Shown: positions 29,859 to 40,086 of the stretch, one piece after another
How the letters are laid out: every line of letters begins with the position of its first letter
How positions within the stretch are numbered: the stretch's first letter is position 1
NCBI GenBank assembly: GCA_964402995.1
Contig: CAYOEA010000002.1
Span: 36,558-100,557 of the forward strand
Length of the DNA: 64,000 nucleotides
Direction of reading: 5' to 3'
Source: an uncultured Methanosarcinales archaeon
GTDB lineage: Archaea; Nanobdellota; Nanobdellia; Woesearchaeales; GCA-2686295
The notes under the pieces: generated by a model
Databases searched by the model: none
What the model saw: the letters and a program-made list of their open reading frames with translations, nothing else
What the model was told of the DNA's origin: nothing
Program-made: the position numbers and the translations under genes

Positions 29859-30905
29859 ATGAAAATAATCAAAAGAGACCCAAAACAAGAGGAGATGCGC
29901 TTAAAAGTTGAGAACTCCGACGATATATGGGTCTTAAGTCAGATAATTGAACCTGAAGATTTGATTAGTGGTAGCACTGAAAGAAAAATTAAAATTGGTG
30001 ATGCAGGAACTGATAGAAATGTCAAAATAGTCAAAAAATGGGTTACACTTACAATAAAAACAGAAAAAACAGAAATTGACGAAAATTATCTTCGAGTTTT
30101 AGGAGTTATAACAGATGGACCTGATGATATTGCAAGAGGCGAACATCATAGCTTCAAATTAGAACCTGAAACTGTTTTTAAAATTAAAAAAACAAAATGG
30201 CTGAATTATCAAATAGAAAAAATAAATGAAGCAACAAAATCAAATAATAAGAAAATCTTAATAATTGTGTTTGATCGTGAAGAAGCATATTTTGCTAAAC
30301 TAAAAGGACAAGGATATCAAATAATGACAGAACTTAAAGGAGATGTTGCAAAAAAAGAATCACAACATGTATCTAAAGAAAATTTCTATAAAGAAATTAT
30401 TAAGACACTTGATGAATATGAAAAAAAAGATCCATTTGATCATATAATTCTAGCAAGTCCTGGATTTTGGAAAGAAGAATTACAAAAAGTCTTACCTGAA
30501 GAATACAAAAAGAAAAGTGTGTTTGCAACCGTATCAGGTGCAAATGAAAGAGCGATAATTGAAACAATAAAACGACCCGAACTTAAAAAAGTATTAGAAG
30601 CAAGCAGGGCAGGAAATGAAATTAAAATTATTGATAAAATTCTACAAGCAATCTCAAAAGAAATAGCCTGTTATGGAATAAAAGAAACAAAAGAACAAAT
30701 TAGGAATGGTGCTGTTGAAGAAATAGCAGTTAGTTATAATTTACTTCAAAAAAGTAGAGATGATGGTAGCTTTAAAGAAATTGAAAATATTATGAAGCAA
30801 TGCGAAGCTAATTCAGGAAAAGTACATGTTATCAGCACAGAAGATGCAAAAAAAGTTTTAGACTCAATTGCAGGAATTGCAGGAATATTAAGATGGAAGA
30901 ACTAA
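29859..30905 (+). CDS. pelA: ribosome rescue factor pelota (aDom34)
   Basis: ENSDDIWVL...GDLI-like, TERKIK, LRVLG, GEHHS, ILASPGFWK, GIAGILR. Confidence 0.95.
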   Translation: MKIIKRDPKQEEMRLKVENSDDIWVLSQIIEPEDLISGSTERKIKIGDAGTDRNVKIVKKWVTLTIKTEKTEIDENYLRVLGVITDGPDDIARGEHHSFKLEPETVFKIKKTKWLNYQIEKINEATKSNNKKILIIVFDREEAYFAKLKGQGYQIMTELKGDVAKKESQHVSKENFYKEIIKTLDEYEKKDPFDHIILASPGFWKEELQKVLPEEYKKKSVFATVSGANERAIIETIKRPELKKVLEASRAGNEIKIIDKILQAISKEIACYGIKETKEQIRNGAVEEIAVSYNLLQKSRDDGSFKEIENIMKQCEANSGKVHVISTEDAKKVLDSIAGIAGILRWKN

Positions 30906-31723
30906 TAAAAGACATTGCAGCTAAAAAAGAATTAGCAAGCTTAAGCAAAGAAACAATAAAAGAATTCTTAGAAACATATTTTAAACAAGAACCTAAAATT
31001 CAAAAGAAACTTGAAGATAAAAAATATAATAAGAAAAGTGAAGAATATAAAATTGCACTAAAAGAAGTTAGAAGAAAACTACGAGAAATATATGGTGTAT
31101 TTGTCAAAGATAAAAAAAGAAGAGATAAATTATTACTAAACATAAATAAAGAAAATCAAAAAGAAACAATTCAAGAAATTCTAAAATTACATACTTCAAC
31201 TGAAGAAAGATTAAGACATTATGATGAAGTATATGAACAAATATTTGCTATAACTGGAAAAGTTGATAGGATAATAGATTTAGCATGTGGATTAAACCCT
31301 GTAAGTTATTTTAAATTAGGAATTAAACCTAGTTACTTTGCATCAGATATGTCAAAAGAAGATATGAATTTCTTAGAAGCATTCTTTAGAAAAACTAGCG
31401 TGAATGGAACTGCTGAAAAAATAGATCTTGTTAGTGAAGTTGAAAAAGTAAATGATTTGAAAGGAGATGTTTGCTTTTTGTTTAAAGCATTAGATTCATT
31501 AGAAACAAGAAAAAGAAACATTTCAAGACAAATAATAGAAAGTGTGAATTGTAAGTGGATAGTTGTGAGTTTTCCTAAAACAAGCCTTGGCGGTGGAAAA
31601 ACCATCTCAAAAAACAAAAGAAACTGGTTCTTAAATTACCTAAAATACACTGATTTTGGAGTTACAGAGTTTGAAACTGAGAATGAATTCTTTCTAGTTA
31701 TAGAGAAGAAAACAAAAAAATAG
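30893..31723 (+). CDS. ArmA/Rmt/FmrO-like 16S rRNA (m7G1405) methyltransferase homologue
   Basis: H-T-S-T-E-E-R-L, IDLACGLNP, FLFKAL..LE, VVSFP..SLGG. Confidence 0.82.
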   Translation: MEELIKDIAAKKELASLSKETIKEFLETYFKQEPKIQKKLEDKKYNKKSEEYKIALKEVRRKLREIYGVFVKDKKRRDKLLLNINKENQKETIQEILKLHTSTEERLRHYDEVYEQIFAITGKVDRIIDLACGLNPVSYFKLGIKPSYFASDMSKEDMNFLEAFFRKTSVNGTAEKIDLVSEVEKVNDLKGDVCFLFKALDSLETRKRNISRQIIESVNCKWIVVSFPKTSLGGGKTISKNKRNWFLNYLKYTDFGVTEFETENEFFLVIEKKTKK

Positions 31724-31850
31724 CTGTTTTTGTTATTGACTAATTGTAAAAAATAGTAACATATATAAAGTAGTTATACGTTTTCAATATTAAAAAGGGG
31801 TAAAGGTAATCGAACAATGGGTGTAAGATTACTTTTTGGAGGTAAAATCA

Positions 31851-32657
31851 ATGATAGTTAAAGAAGAATTCTTAAGCAAATTGAGAAGGTATTTCTCACT
31901 AAACCTGTATGAAGTAAAAGTTTGGACTGCATTATTATCAAGAGGAGTGAGTACAGCAGGAGAATTAAGCGATATTGCAAATGTTCCTAGAAGTAGAAGT
32001 TATGACGTTCTAGAAAGCCTAGAGAAAAAAGGTTTTGTTATAATGAAATTAGGAAAACCAATTAAATACTTAGCTGTTCCACCAAAAGAAGTTGTTGAAA
32101 GAGTGAAAAAGAATGTTAAAACAAAAGCAGATGAACAAGTTGCAAAACTTGAAAATCTAAAAACAACTGAAGTAATAAAGGAACTAAACTCATTACACAC
32201 ACAAGGAGTCGAATTAGTAGAACCAGCAGATTTATCAGGTTCACTTCGAGGAAGACACAACTTATATAATCATTTAGAGCTAACAATTAAGAACGCTGAA
32301 AAAACAGTAACTATGATGACAACTTCAAAAGGGCTAATGAGAAAAGTCGAAGGACTAATGCCAGTCTTTGAAGAAATTAAGAAACGAGGCGTTGAAATTA
32401 GAATTGCAGCACCATTAACAGAAGAATCAATGGATGCAGCAAAAGCACTAAAAGGTATTGCAGAAGTTAGACACACTGACAAAAATGCAAGATTCACAGT
32501 TGTAGACGGTCAAGAAGTAGTATTTATGGTAATGGACGATTCAGAAGTACATCCAACATATGATATTGGAATCTGGATAAACACACCATTCTTCGCAAAA
32601 GCACTAGAAGACCTATTCGACATCGCTTGGAAAGCACTAAAGCCAATTAAGGTTTAA
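31851..32657 (+). CDS. TrmB-family transcription regulator / chromatin protein (paralogue A)
   Basis: LNLYEVKVWTALL..G..TAGELS..ANVPRSRSYDVLESLEKKGF winged helix plus effector domain; GGAGGT SD before ATG 31851. Confidence 0.9.
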   Translation: MIVKEEFLSKLRRYFSLNLYEVKVWTALLSRGVSTAGELSDIANVPRSRSYDVLESLEKKGFVIMKLGKPIKYLAVPPKEVVERVKKNVKTKADEQVAKLENLKTTEVIKELNSLHTQGVELVEPADLSGSLRGRHNLYNHLELTIKNAEKTVTMMTTSKGLMRKVEGLMPVFEEIKKRGVEIRIAAPLTEESMDAAKALKGIAEVRHTDKNARFTVVDGQEVVFMVMDDSEVHPTYDIGIWINTPFFAKALEDLFDIAWKALKPIKV

Positions 32658-32743
32658 ATATTTATTTTATTTTTCTTTTTTTATTATTTATTTCTAAAAT
32701 TCTAATAAACTTTATATATACATCAATAGTTAAATAGCTTGAA

Positions 32744-34279
32744 ATGAATGTAGATAATATAATACCAAAGCTGCACAAGCTAGAAAGGAAAACTCTGCCT
32801 GAAATAAAGAACGGTGCAACAGTTGAGGAGTTAACTGAAAAAACCGGCTTAGCACACGTAGAAGTTATGAGAGCTGTACAATGGCTAAATAACAAAAAAT
32901 GTGTTGAAATTAAAGAAGAATCAAAAGAGTTAATATTTCTAGATGAAAATGGAGAGATGTACAAAGAGAAAAGACTCCCAGAAAGACGTTTTATAGAAGC
33001 TACTGCAAAGAAAAGTAAAGTAAGTGAAATAGAAAAATTAGCTGAATTAGAAAAAGGCGAAATAAATATTTGCATAGGATCACTAAAAAAAAAAGCAGCC
33101 ATCGATATTAAGAAAGATGGTGAAATGATGATTACTTTAACAGAAGCAGGTAAAAAATTATTAGGTAAAGAATTCTTTGAAGAGAAGTTTTTGAAAAAAG
33201 AATTTCCTCTTGAATTAAAAGATTTAGAACCTGAAGATAAATTTGCATTTGACAGTTTAATATCAAGAAAACAAATCTTACGAAAAGAACTAAAGAAAAT
33301 CAAAACAATAAGTTTAACTCCAATTGGAAAAGAAGTTGCAAAAAAAGCAAATAATGGAAAAGAATATTCTGAAAGACTAACACCTAAGATGCTCAAAGAT
33401 GGAAGTTGGAAAGGAAAAGAATTTCGAGCTTATGATGTAACAATAAACGTTCCAAAGAAAGAAAGAGGAAAAAGACATTTTGTAAGTCAAGCTATAGACT
33501 ATGCGCGAAGCATCTGGCTAGAAATGGGCTTTAAAGAAATGGAAGGACCAATGATGCAAACATCATTTTGGAACTTCGACGCACTATTCACTGCACAAGA
33601 TCACCCTGTACGGGAAATGCAAGATACATTTTACATTAAAACTCCAGCAAAAGGAAAACTACCAGCAAAAGAAATGGTTGACAAGGTTAAGAAAACACAT
33701 GAGAATGGTTGGACAACAAAAAGTAAAGGCTGGCAATATGACTGGGACGAAGAAGATTCAAAAAAGAACGTTCTAAGAACACATACAACTTGTTTATCAG
33801 CAAGAACATTATCAAATCTAAAAAAAGAAAACCTGCCTGCAAAATTTTTCGCACTAGGAAAATGTTTTAGAAATGAAACATTAGATTGGTCACACTTATT
33901 TGAATTCAATCAAACAGAAGGAATAGTAATAGATAAAAATGCAAACTTCAGACATTTATTAGGATATTTGAAAAGCTTCTTTAAGAAAATGGGCTATGCA
34001 GATGCAAGATTTAGACCTGCATACTTCCCATACACTGAATTTAGTGTAGAAATAGATGTATTGCATCCAGTACATGGAACATGGTTCGAACTTGGTGGTG
34101 CAGGAATCTTTAGACCTGAAGTTGTAAAACCATTAATGGGGATAGATGTACCAGTACTTGCATGGGGACCTGGATTTGATAGAATAATCTTAGAGTTCTT
34201 CAAAATAAATGATATTAGAGACTTATACAAAAATGACCTTAAACAATTAAGGGAAATGAAAGATTGGGTGAGGAAATAA
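32744..34279 (+). CDS. pheS: phenylalanine--tRNA ligase alpha subunit
   Basis: FWNFDALF.AQDHP.REMQDTF, LRTHTT, FRNE, YFPYTE, ELGGAGIFRPE. Confidence 0.97.
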   Translation: MNVDNIIPKLHKLERKTLPEIKNGATVEELTEKTGLAHVEVMRAVQWLNNKKCVEIKEESKELIFLDENGEMYKEKRLPERRFIEATAKKSKVSEIEKLAELEKGEINICIGSLKKKAAIDIKKDGEMMITLTEAGKKLLGKEFFEEKFLKKEFPLELKDLEPEDKFAFDSLISRKQILRKELKKIKTISLTPIGKEVAKKANNGKEYSERLTPKMLKDGSWKGKEFRAYDVTINVPKKERGKRHFVSQAIDYARSIWLEMGFKEMEGPMMQTSFWNFDALFTAQDHPVREMQDTFYIKTPAKGKLPAKEMVDKVKKTHENGWTTKSKGWQYDWDEEDSKKNVLRTHTTCLSARTLSNLKKENLPAKFFALGKCFRNETLDWSHLFEFNQTEGIVIDKNANFRHLLGYLKSFFKKMGYADARFRPAYFPYTEFSVEIDVLHPVHGTWFELGGAGIFRPEVVKPLMGIDVPVLAWGPGFDRIILEFFKINDIRDLYKNDLKQLREMKDWVRK

Positions 34280-34280
34280 G

Positions 34281-35927
34281 ATGCCGACAGTCACACTAAG
34301 TAAAAAAGCTGTAGAAGAGTTAATGGGAACAAGATTACCTCTCGAAGAATTAAAAGATAGAATTAGCATGCTTGGAACAGATCTTGATGGAATAAAAGGA
34401 GATGAAATTCAAGTAGAAATATTTCCAAACAGACCAGATATGTTATCAGAACAAGGATTCGCAAGAGCACTAGCAAGTTTTATAGGAAAGAAAACAGGAC
34501 TTGCAGAATTCAAAGTAAACAAATCAAAATATGAAGTTAAAGTTGAAAAAGCAGTAAGCAAAGTTAGACCTCACACAGTATGTGCAGTAATTAAAAACTT
34601 AAAATTTGATGATGAAAAAATTCGAGAGATAATTCAAATTCAAGAAAAACTACATATTGGAATGGGAAGAAACAGAAAAAAACTTGCAATAGGAATGTAT
34701 CCAATGGAAGCAATAAAATTTCCAATAACATATACTGCAAAAAAACCAAACGATATCAAATTCTTACCATTAGAAGCAAAAAGAGAAATGACTGGAATGC
34801 AGATTCTAAGCGGACATCCAACAGGAAGAGACTATGGACATTTATTAGAAGGATATAACTTATTTCCAATATTTATTGATGATGTAGGAGAAATCATGTC
34901 AATGCCACCAATTATAAATTCTGAAAAAACAGGAAAAATAGGTCTGTCAACAACAGATGTATTTATTGAATGTAGTGGATTTGATCTTAGAGTATTAAAA
35001 CAATGTTTGAATATTCTAGTAACTGTGATGAGCGATATGGGTGGAGACATATATGAAGTAGCAGTAAAATACGAATCAAAAACAGAAATAACTCCTAATC
35101 TAAAACCTGTTGAATGGAATCTTGATTTAGACTATGTAAACAAAATAATTGGAATGAACTTTAGTAAAAAAGAAATTAAAGAACTATTAGAAAGAATGGG
35201 ACATGAATACAAGAACAATAAAGTATTAGTTCCAGCATACAGAACAGACATCTTACACGAAATTGATTTAGCAGAAGACATAGCAATAGCTTATGGATAT
35301 GACAATTTTAAACCAGAAATTCCAAATGTATCAACAATAGGACAAGAAAGTCAAATTGAAATACTAAAAAAGAAAGTTGCGAATATTTTAATTGGAAGTG
35401 GACTGATTGAAACAATCTCGTACCATCTAATAAGTAAAGAGAGTCATAATAACAAAATGAATTATGATTGCAAAGTTGTAGAACTATCTAATAGCTCAAC
35501 AAGTGAATATAATACTATGAGAAGATGGATTGTACCAAGCATCATGCAAATATTATCAAGAAATACAAACAAAGAATATCCTCAAAACATATTTGAAATG
35601 GGTGTTGTATTCAAACCATCAAAAGCTCAAGAAACAGGCGTAGATGAACATGTCAATTTAGGAGTGGGACTTTGCGGACCAGAAATGGACTTTACAGCAA
35701 TAAAACAAATCTTTGATACTATAATGGATGCTTTAGATTTAGAATATGAAACTGAAGAAATAGAACATAGTAGTTTTATTAAAGGAAGAACAGCTGCAAT
35801 AAAAGTAAAAGGAAAAGAAATAGCGATCATGGGTGAAATACACCCTCAAACAACAACTAACTTTGGAATAGAAATGCCAATAGCAGCATTAGAAATGGAT
35901 TTAATAATCATAAAAGAGGTATTATAA
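34281..35927 (+). CDS. pheT: phenylalanine--tRNA ligase beta subunit
   Basis: PNRPDMLS, QEKLH...GRNRK, SMPPIINS, PAYRTDILHEIDLAED, GEIHP. Confidence 0.97.
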   Translation: MPTVTLSKKAVEELMGTRLPLEELKDRISMLGTDLDGIKGDEIQVEIFPNRPDMLSEQGFARALASFIGKKTGLAEFKVNKSKYEVKVEKAVSKVRPHTVCAVIKNLKFDDEKIREIIQIQEKLHIGMGRNRKKLAIGMYPMEAIKFPITYTAKKPNDIKFLPLEAKREMTGMQILSGHPTGRDYGHLLEGYNLFPIFIDDVGEIMSMPPIINSEKTGKIGLSTTDVFIECSGFDLRVLKQCLNILVTVMSDMGGDIYEVAVKYESKTEITPNLKPVEWNLDLDYVNKIIGMNFSKKEIKELLERMGHEYKNNKVLVPAYRTDILHEIDLAEDIAIAYGYDNFKPEIPNVSTIGQESQIEILKKKVANILIGSGLIETISYHLISKESHNNKMNYDCKVVELSNSSTSEYNTMRRWIVPSIMQILSRNTNKEYPQNIFEMGVVFKPSKAQETGVDEHVNLGVGLCGPEMDFTAIKQIFDTIMDALDLEYETEEIEHSSFIKGRTAAIKVKGKEIAIMGEIHPQTTTNFGIEMPIAALEMDLIIIKEVL

Positions 35928-36553
35928 TGAACAGAAAAAAACAAATCGTAGTATTAGGATCAAGTAAAGCAATTTGTACAAAAAAAGCCTATGATATAGC
36001 AGAAAAAGTAGGAGAAGAAATTGCAAAAAATAATTGTGTAACTATAACTGGCGGTGGACTTGGAGTCATGGAAGCAGCATTAAAAGGTGCAAAAAAACAT
36101 GGCGGACAAACAGTAGCTATAATACCTTGGGAAAATATAAACAAAGCAAATGAATATGCAGACATTGTTATTGCAACAGGAATTGGTTGGAGTAGAGATG
36201 CAATTAATCTTAATTCATGCGATGGAGCAATAGTTGTTCATGGAGGGGCAGGAACACTAAACGAAGTAACTTATGGATACATTGCAAAAAAACCAATGGT
36301 TGCAATAGAAACAAGTGGTGGAATTGCAAAACAAATTGCTGGAAAACATTTAGATATAAGAAAAAGCGAAAAAGTAATTAGTGCAAAAACAGCTATAGAA
36401 GCAGTAAAAAAAGTTCTAGCAAAAATAGCAAAGAATGAAGCTGAAGGTTATCATATAACTTCTTTTGATAAAGAATTATTAATGATGGAAGATAAAGAAG
36501 ACTGGGATATAATAATTAAAAAAAAGAAAAAAGAATTGAAAAAACAAGAATAA
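35927..36553 (+). CDS. LOG/SLOG-family (TIGR00725-like) nucleotide-binding protein
   Basis: TGGGLGVMEAA, GGAGTLNE; TAATG overlap with pheT. Confidence 0.85.
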   Translation: MNRKKQIVVLGSSKAICTKKAYDIAEKVGEEIAKNNCVTITGGGLGVMEAALKGAKKHGGQTVAIIPWENINKANEYADIVIATGIGWSRDAINLNSCDGAIVVHGGAGTLNEVTYGYIAKKPMVAIETSGGIAKQIAGKHLDIRKSEKVISAKTAIEAVKKVLAKIAKNEAEGYHITSFDKELLMMEDKEDWDIIIKKKKKELKKQE

Positions 36554-36566
36554 ATAATTATTCCAA

Positions 36567-36998
36567 TTAATCTTTTTTAACAACAGGTTCTGAGACTTCT
36601 TCTTTTTTCTCAGCAACAGGTTTTTCCGCTTTAACAGATGCAGCCTTAACTTTAGGTTTTGGTTCTGCTTCCTTTTTAGGAGCTGAAGCTTTTCCTTTTA
36701 CAGGTGCTTCTTTTTTACTCTTTTGTTTAACCGGTTTTTCAGATTTTTTGGTTTTAGGCGTTGTTTCAATAATTTCAATTTTTAACTTTTTGAATTCTGA
36801 AACAACTTCTTCATGAGAAGCGCCTTTCTTTATCTTGATTACTTCCTTAGTAGGCTCTAAGTGTTTAACATTACACTTTCTTCGTCTAGTCTGACCGTCA
36901 ATTAAAACTGTAAAACTATCTACAACTTCAACGATTACAGCTTTTAGACCTGAGTCTCTACCAGCTATTTTTACACATATCCTTCCTATTTCAAACAT
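36567..36998 (-). CDS. rpl14e: 50S ribosomal protein eL14
   Basis: EIGRICVKIAGRDSG, RRKCNVKHLEPT; Lys/Glu/Pro-rich tail. Confidence 0.95.
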   Translation of the reverse strand: MFEIGRICVKIAGRDSGLKAVIVEVVDSFTVLIDGQTRRRKCNVKHLEPTKEVIKIKKGASHEEVVSEFKKLKIEIIETTPKTKKSEKPVKQKSKKEAPVKGKASAPKKEAEPKPKVKAASVKAEKPVAEKKEEVSEPVVKKD

Positions 36999-37045
36999 TT
37001 TTAAACCTCTTGATCCTAAGAAACAGTGTCTGTCACCAGTAACAC

Positions 37046-37315
37046 TTAAGATCTTCTAGTTTCTTGAATGATTCGCTTCCTTGCACATGCACTGCATAAA
37101 TATCCGCCATAAGGCCTTTCAGGTCTTTTTTTGGTTTTAGCTGTGTTATGAGCTTCAGAAGATCTCAGTCTAGGTATGCCTTTTAATTCATTACCGCATT
37201 CTGCACATTTGTGCACACTAGGTTTTCTAGCTATTCTGTGCACAACTCTTTTTGCACCTGGAGTAGTTTTGAAAACTTTTCTACGTGAATTTGATTTATC
37301 TTTTCCTTGTGGCAT
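37046..37315 (-). CDS. rpl34e: 50S ribosomal protein eL34
   Basis: TPG, CAECG..LKGIPR, RPERPYGGYLCSAC; GAGG SD before ATG 37315. Confidence 0.95.
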   Translation of the reverse strand: MPQGKDKSNSRRKVFKTTPGAKRVVHRIARKPSVHKCAECGNELKGIPRLRSSEAHNTAKTKKRPERPYGGYLCSACARKRIIQETRRS

Positions 37316-37404
37316 ATTCAAAAACCTCTAGTTTTTGTATTTTTTTATGTACAAAACTAATCATTGCACATTTTTAAAAGGAACCCGAATCCATTTATAA
37401 AGTT

Positions 37405-38178
37405 TTAGCTAAGCTTCATAAGCTTTCTAATGCTTAAACTAAAGATTAATGAGAATATAATATAAGTCCAAATCCAATTTAAATTGAAATTAAGACCTAT
37501 TTCTTTAAGTGGTCTAACCTTTTCATTATTGATTATAATATTCTTTAAAAGAGAGTCTTTAACAGGACTCTCAGGTTTTGCATAAGTACTATTTGAAATT
37601 GTAAGTGGAGCTGAAAATTTTCTATTATCAAATATAACTGATAAATCATATTCCCCTGCAGGACCATTTAATTTCCACGTAACTAAACCATCATCTGGAA
37701 TATCTTGAGTAAGATTAGATAAAATACCTGATTCTGGGAAGGTTTCATTTGATAACACATCAATTTCTAATGTGGCTTGACCAAAAGTTCCTTCTTTAAA
37801 TTCTGCACTAACAGAAAAATCTGTATCAGGCATAATAGGTAAGAATGCCATGTGTGCATTTAACCAACCGAAAATAATGATTATAGGTAAAAAAGTATAA
37901 AGAGTAGGTTTGAATGAATGTTTCATATATTGCATATTCTTATCCATAATTTTCTTTTGGATAGGCATAGCCTTAGAAGGATTAGAACTTAGTTTTTTAG
38001 CTTCTTTTTGCAAAGATTTCATCTCAGCCTTAAGAGACTTCATAAGTTTTTGATCAGTTGTGTATTTGTAAACAATAGTTATAACTAAAGTTAAAACAAA
38101 AGCTAAAATAAGAATAGCCCAAAAATGACCTAATTCTAAAAGTGGAGAAAAAATTGGATCTAGTATGCTTTCAAACAT
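37405..38178 (-). CDS. DUF106 / EMC3-TMCO1 (Oxa1 superfamily) membrane protein
   Basis: TM, coiled coil, FKP.LYT.LPII, WIWTYII.S; usual position after secY. Confidence 0.85.
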   Translation of the reverse strand: MFESILDPIFSPLLELGHFWAILILAFVLTLVITIVYKYTTDQKLMKSLKAEMKSLQKEAKKLSSNPSKAMPIQKKIMDKNMQYMKHSFKPTLYTFLPIIIIFGWLNAHMAFLPIMPDTDFSVSAEFKEGTFGQATLEIDVLSNETFPESGILSNLTQDIPDDGLVTWKLNGPAGEYDLSVIFDNRKFSAPLTISNSTYAKPESPVKDSLLKNIIINNEKVRPLKEIGLNFNLNWIWTYIIFSLIFSLSIRKLMKLS

Positions 38179-38179
38179 T

Positions 38180-39547
38180 CTATTTACCCATGAACTTTCT
38201 CATCATAGGGTTCATGTCCATCATGTGCTGTTGTGCAATTTCTTCATATAGTTTATACACAATCATCACAGTAAGTAAAATACCTGTTCCACTACCATAA
38301 GCACCTGTTAAATCAGCAATCGCAGCTAATAAACCAACAGCCATACCGCCCATGATTGTTAAAGGACCTATATATCTTTGTAGAAGTCTTTCTAAAACTC
38401 GCTGATCTTTTCTAAAACCAGGAATCTGAAGACCTGAAGCCATAATCTGTTTTGCTTGAGATCTTGCATCAAGACCTGCTGTTTGAACCCAAAAATAAGA
38501 GAACAAGACTGATCCTGCCATAAATATCAATAAATAAATGAGTGATTGTCCAACCATGCTAAGAGTGAATGATCCAGTAACAATATTTTGAATCATATTA
38601 GGAGCATAAAGTACTGATGCTAACCCTGAAACAGGACTGTTATTTACAAAAGTACCTAATATTGGATGACCCCAATTATCAAGTAAACGAGCAAATAATT
38701 GAACGTTAGCAAGTAAAGCTGCCACTAAAATAACAGGAATATTACTTGTATAAAAGAAATTTAACGGCCAACGCATACCATGACCTCTAACTCTACCAAA
38801 ACTAAGAGGAATCTCAACTTTCATAGATTGAGTATATACCACAACCATAAAAACTAATACAGTTGCAATGATTGATGCAAGCATAATAGTTGCTGTTTGC
38901 GGATCTCCTTGACTTAATGATTGAAATAAAGCAGGAAGAGCTCCTGTAGCAATTGATGGATTGCTTGGACTTGGAAGTGGATTTAAAATTCTGATGAAAA
39001 TAGTTTGAGAAACTCCTGCAGCAATAAATAAACTTATTCCTGAACCAAAGCCCCATTTACTAATAACTTCATCCATAAACATGATTAATATTCCGCCAAG
39101 GAATAACTGGAAGATTAAAACTCCCGTACCAATTCCTTCTAAAGGCGCAAGACCACCCATTTGAACATAGATAAAACCTTCTAAAAGAATAAAACCTACA
39201 GATAATAATTTTTGAATACCTTGAAACCGCTTTTTACCTTCAGTTGATGTTAAATCAAAATTAATGATTCCTGAACCGTTTAAAAGCTGTAATACGATAG
39301 ATGCAGTAACTATAGGCCCTATACCTAAGCTAATAATACTTCCAAAGCTCGCACCAAGGATAATTGATAAGAATTCGAATTGTTGTAAAGCGTTAACTCC
39401 TAAACCATATAATGGGATAAGACCTAAAACAAAGAATAATAATAAAACGATTAAAGTCCATTTCAATTTCTCTTTAAAAGAAAGCTTTTTCTGCGTAGGT
39501 GATGCAACCTCGGGCAGATTATTTAATATAGTATCGAAAAAAGACAT
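38180..39547 (-). CDS. secY: preprotein translocase SecY
   Basis: LGIGPIVTASI, KWGFGSGISLFI, YTSNIPVIL, IPGFR, SGTGILL. Confidence 0.97.
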   Translation of the reverse strand: MSFFDTILNNLPEVASPTQKKLSFKEKLKWTLIVLLLFFVLGLIPLYGLGVNALQQFEFLSIILGASFGSIISLGIGPIVTASIVLQLLNGSGIINFDLTSTEGKKRFQGIQKLLSVGFILLEGFIYVQMGGLAPLEGIGTGVLIFQLFLGGILIMFMDEVISKWGFGSGISLFIAAGVSQTIFIRILNPLPSPSNPSIATGALPALFQSLSQGDPQTATIMLASIIATVLVFMVVVYTQSMKVEIPLSFGRVRGHGMRWPLNFFYTSNIPVILVAALLANVQLFARLLDNWGHPILGTFVNNSPVSGLASVLYAPNMIQNIVTGSFTLSMVGQSLIYLLIFMAGSVLFSYFWVQTAGLDARSQAKQIMASGLQIPGFRKDQRVLERLLQRYIGPLTIMGGMAVGLLAAIADLTGAYGSGTGILLTVMIVYKLYEEIAQQHMMDMNPMMRKFMGK

Positions 39548-39599
39548 TTTAATTTGGTTAAAGTATTAAAAAAAAGACATAAGTCTTTAATTAATCTTT

Positions 39600-40085
39600 C
39601 TATTTCTTACTTTTTACTTCAGGCTTGCTTTTAGTTTCTTTAGTTTTTGGTACTTCTTTAACTTCTTCTTTAGTTTCTTTTTTAGATTTACTAAGAAGAC
39701 CTGAAACTTTTCCACCAGCTTCTGTAATTTTAGCAATTGCAGATTCTGAAGCATGATTCACTGTAATTTCAAATTTCTGAGTGGTTTTTCCTATACCAAG
39801 TAATTTATCAAAACCTGCTTTTCTTAAATCAATTTTAACATCATTAAATTTTGCTAAATCACAAATATTAATTGTTTTAAGTGGTTTTTTTAATGAAGTA
39901 AATCCTTTACTTTTATAGTATGATTTATCAGTCCAGTAACTAGGTTTGTTAGCATCTCCTCTTTTACCGGATCCAGCTTTACCTCGACCGCCTCTGCTAC
40001 CAGCGCCTCGATGTTTCTTTTTAGCTCCCCAACCGTGAGTGTGAGTTCCTCTGTTTCGTGATTGTTTAGGTCTTTGTCTATCCAT
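39600..40085 (-). CDS. rpl15: 50S ribosomal protein uL15
   Basis: RGTHTHGWG.KKKHRGAGSRGGRG; KLLG.G; A..KI..AGG. Confidence 0.95.
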   Translation of the reverse strand: MDRQRPKQSRNRGTHTHGWGAKKKHRGAGSRGGRGKAGSGKRGDANKPSYWTDKSYYKSKGFTSLKKPLKTINICDLAKFNDVKIDLRKAGFDKLLGIGKTTQKFEITVNHASESAIAKITEAGGKVSGLLSKSKKETKEEVKEVPKTKETKSKPEVKSKK

Positions 40086-40086
40086 T

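Noticed and set aside
32662-33396. 244-aa antisense ORF over pheS, and similar antisense ORFs over pan, rfcS and the ribosomal genes
   Set aside because: They lie opposite well-conserved genes and show no recognisable motifs.
37024-37046. Small hairpin between rpl34e and rpl14e
   Set aside because: Only 4-5 bp stems; could be chance and cannot be supported without homologues.
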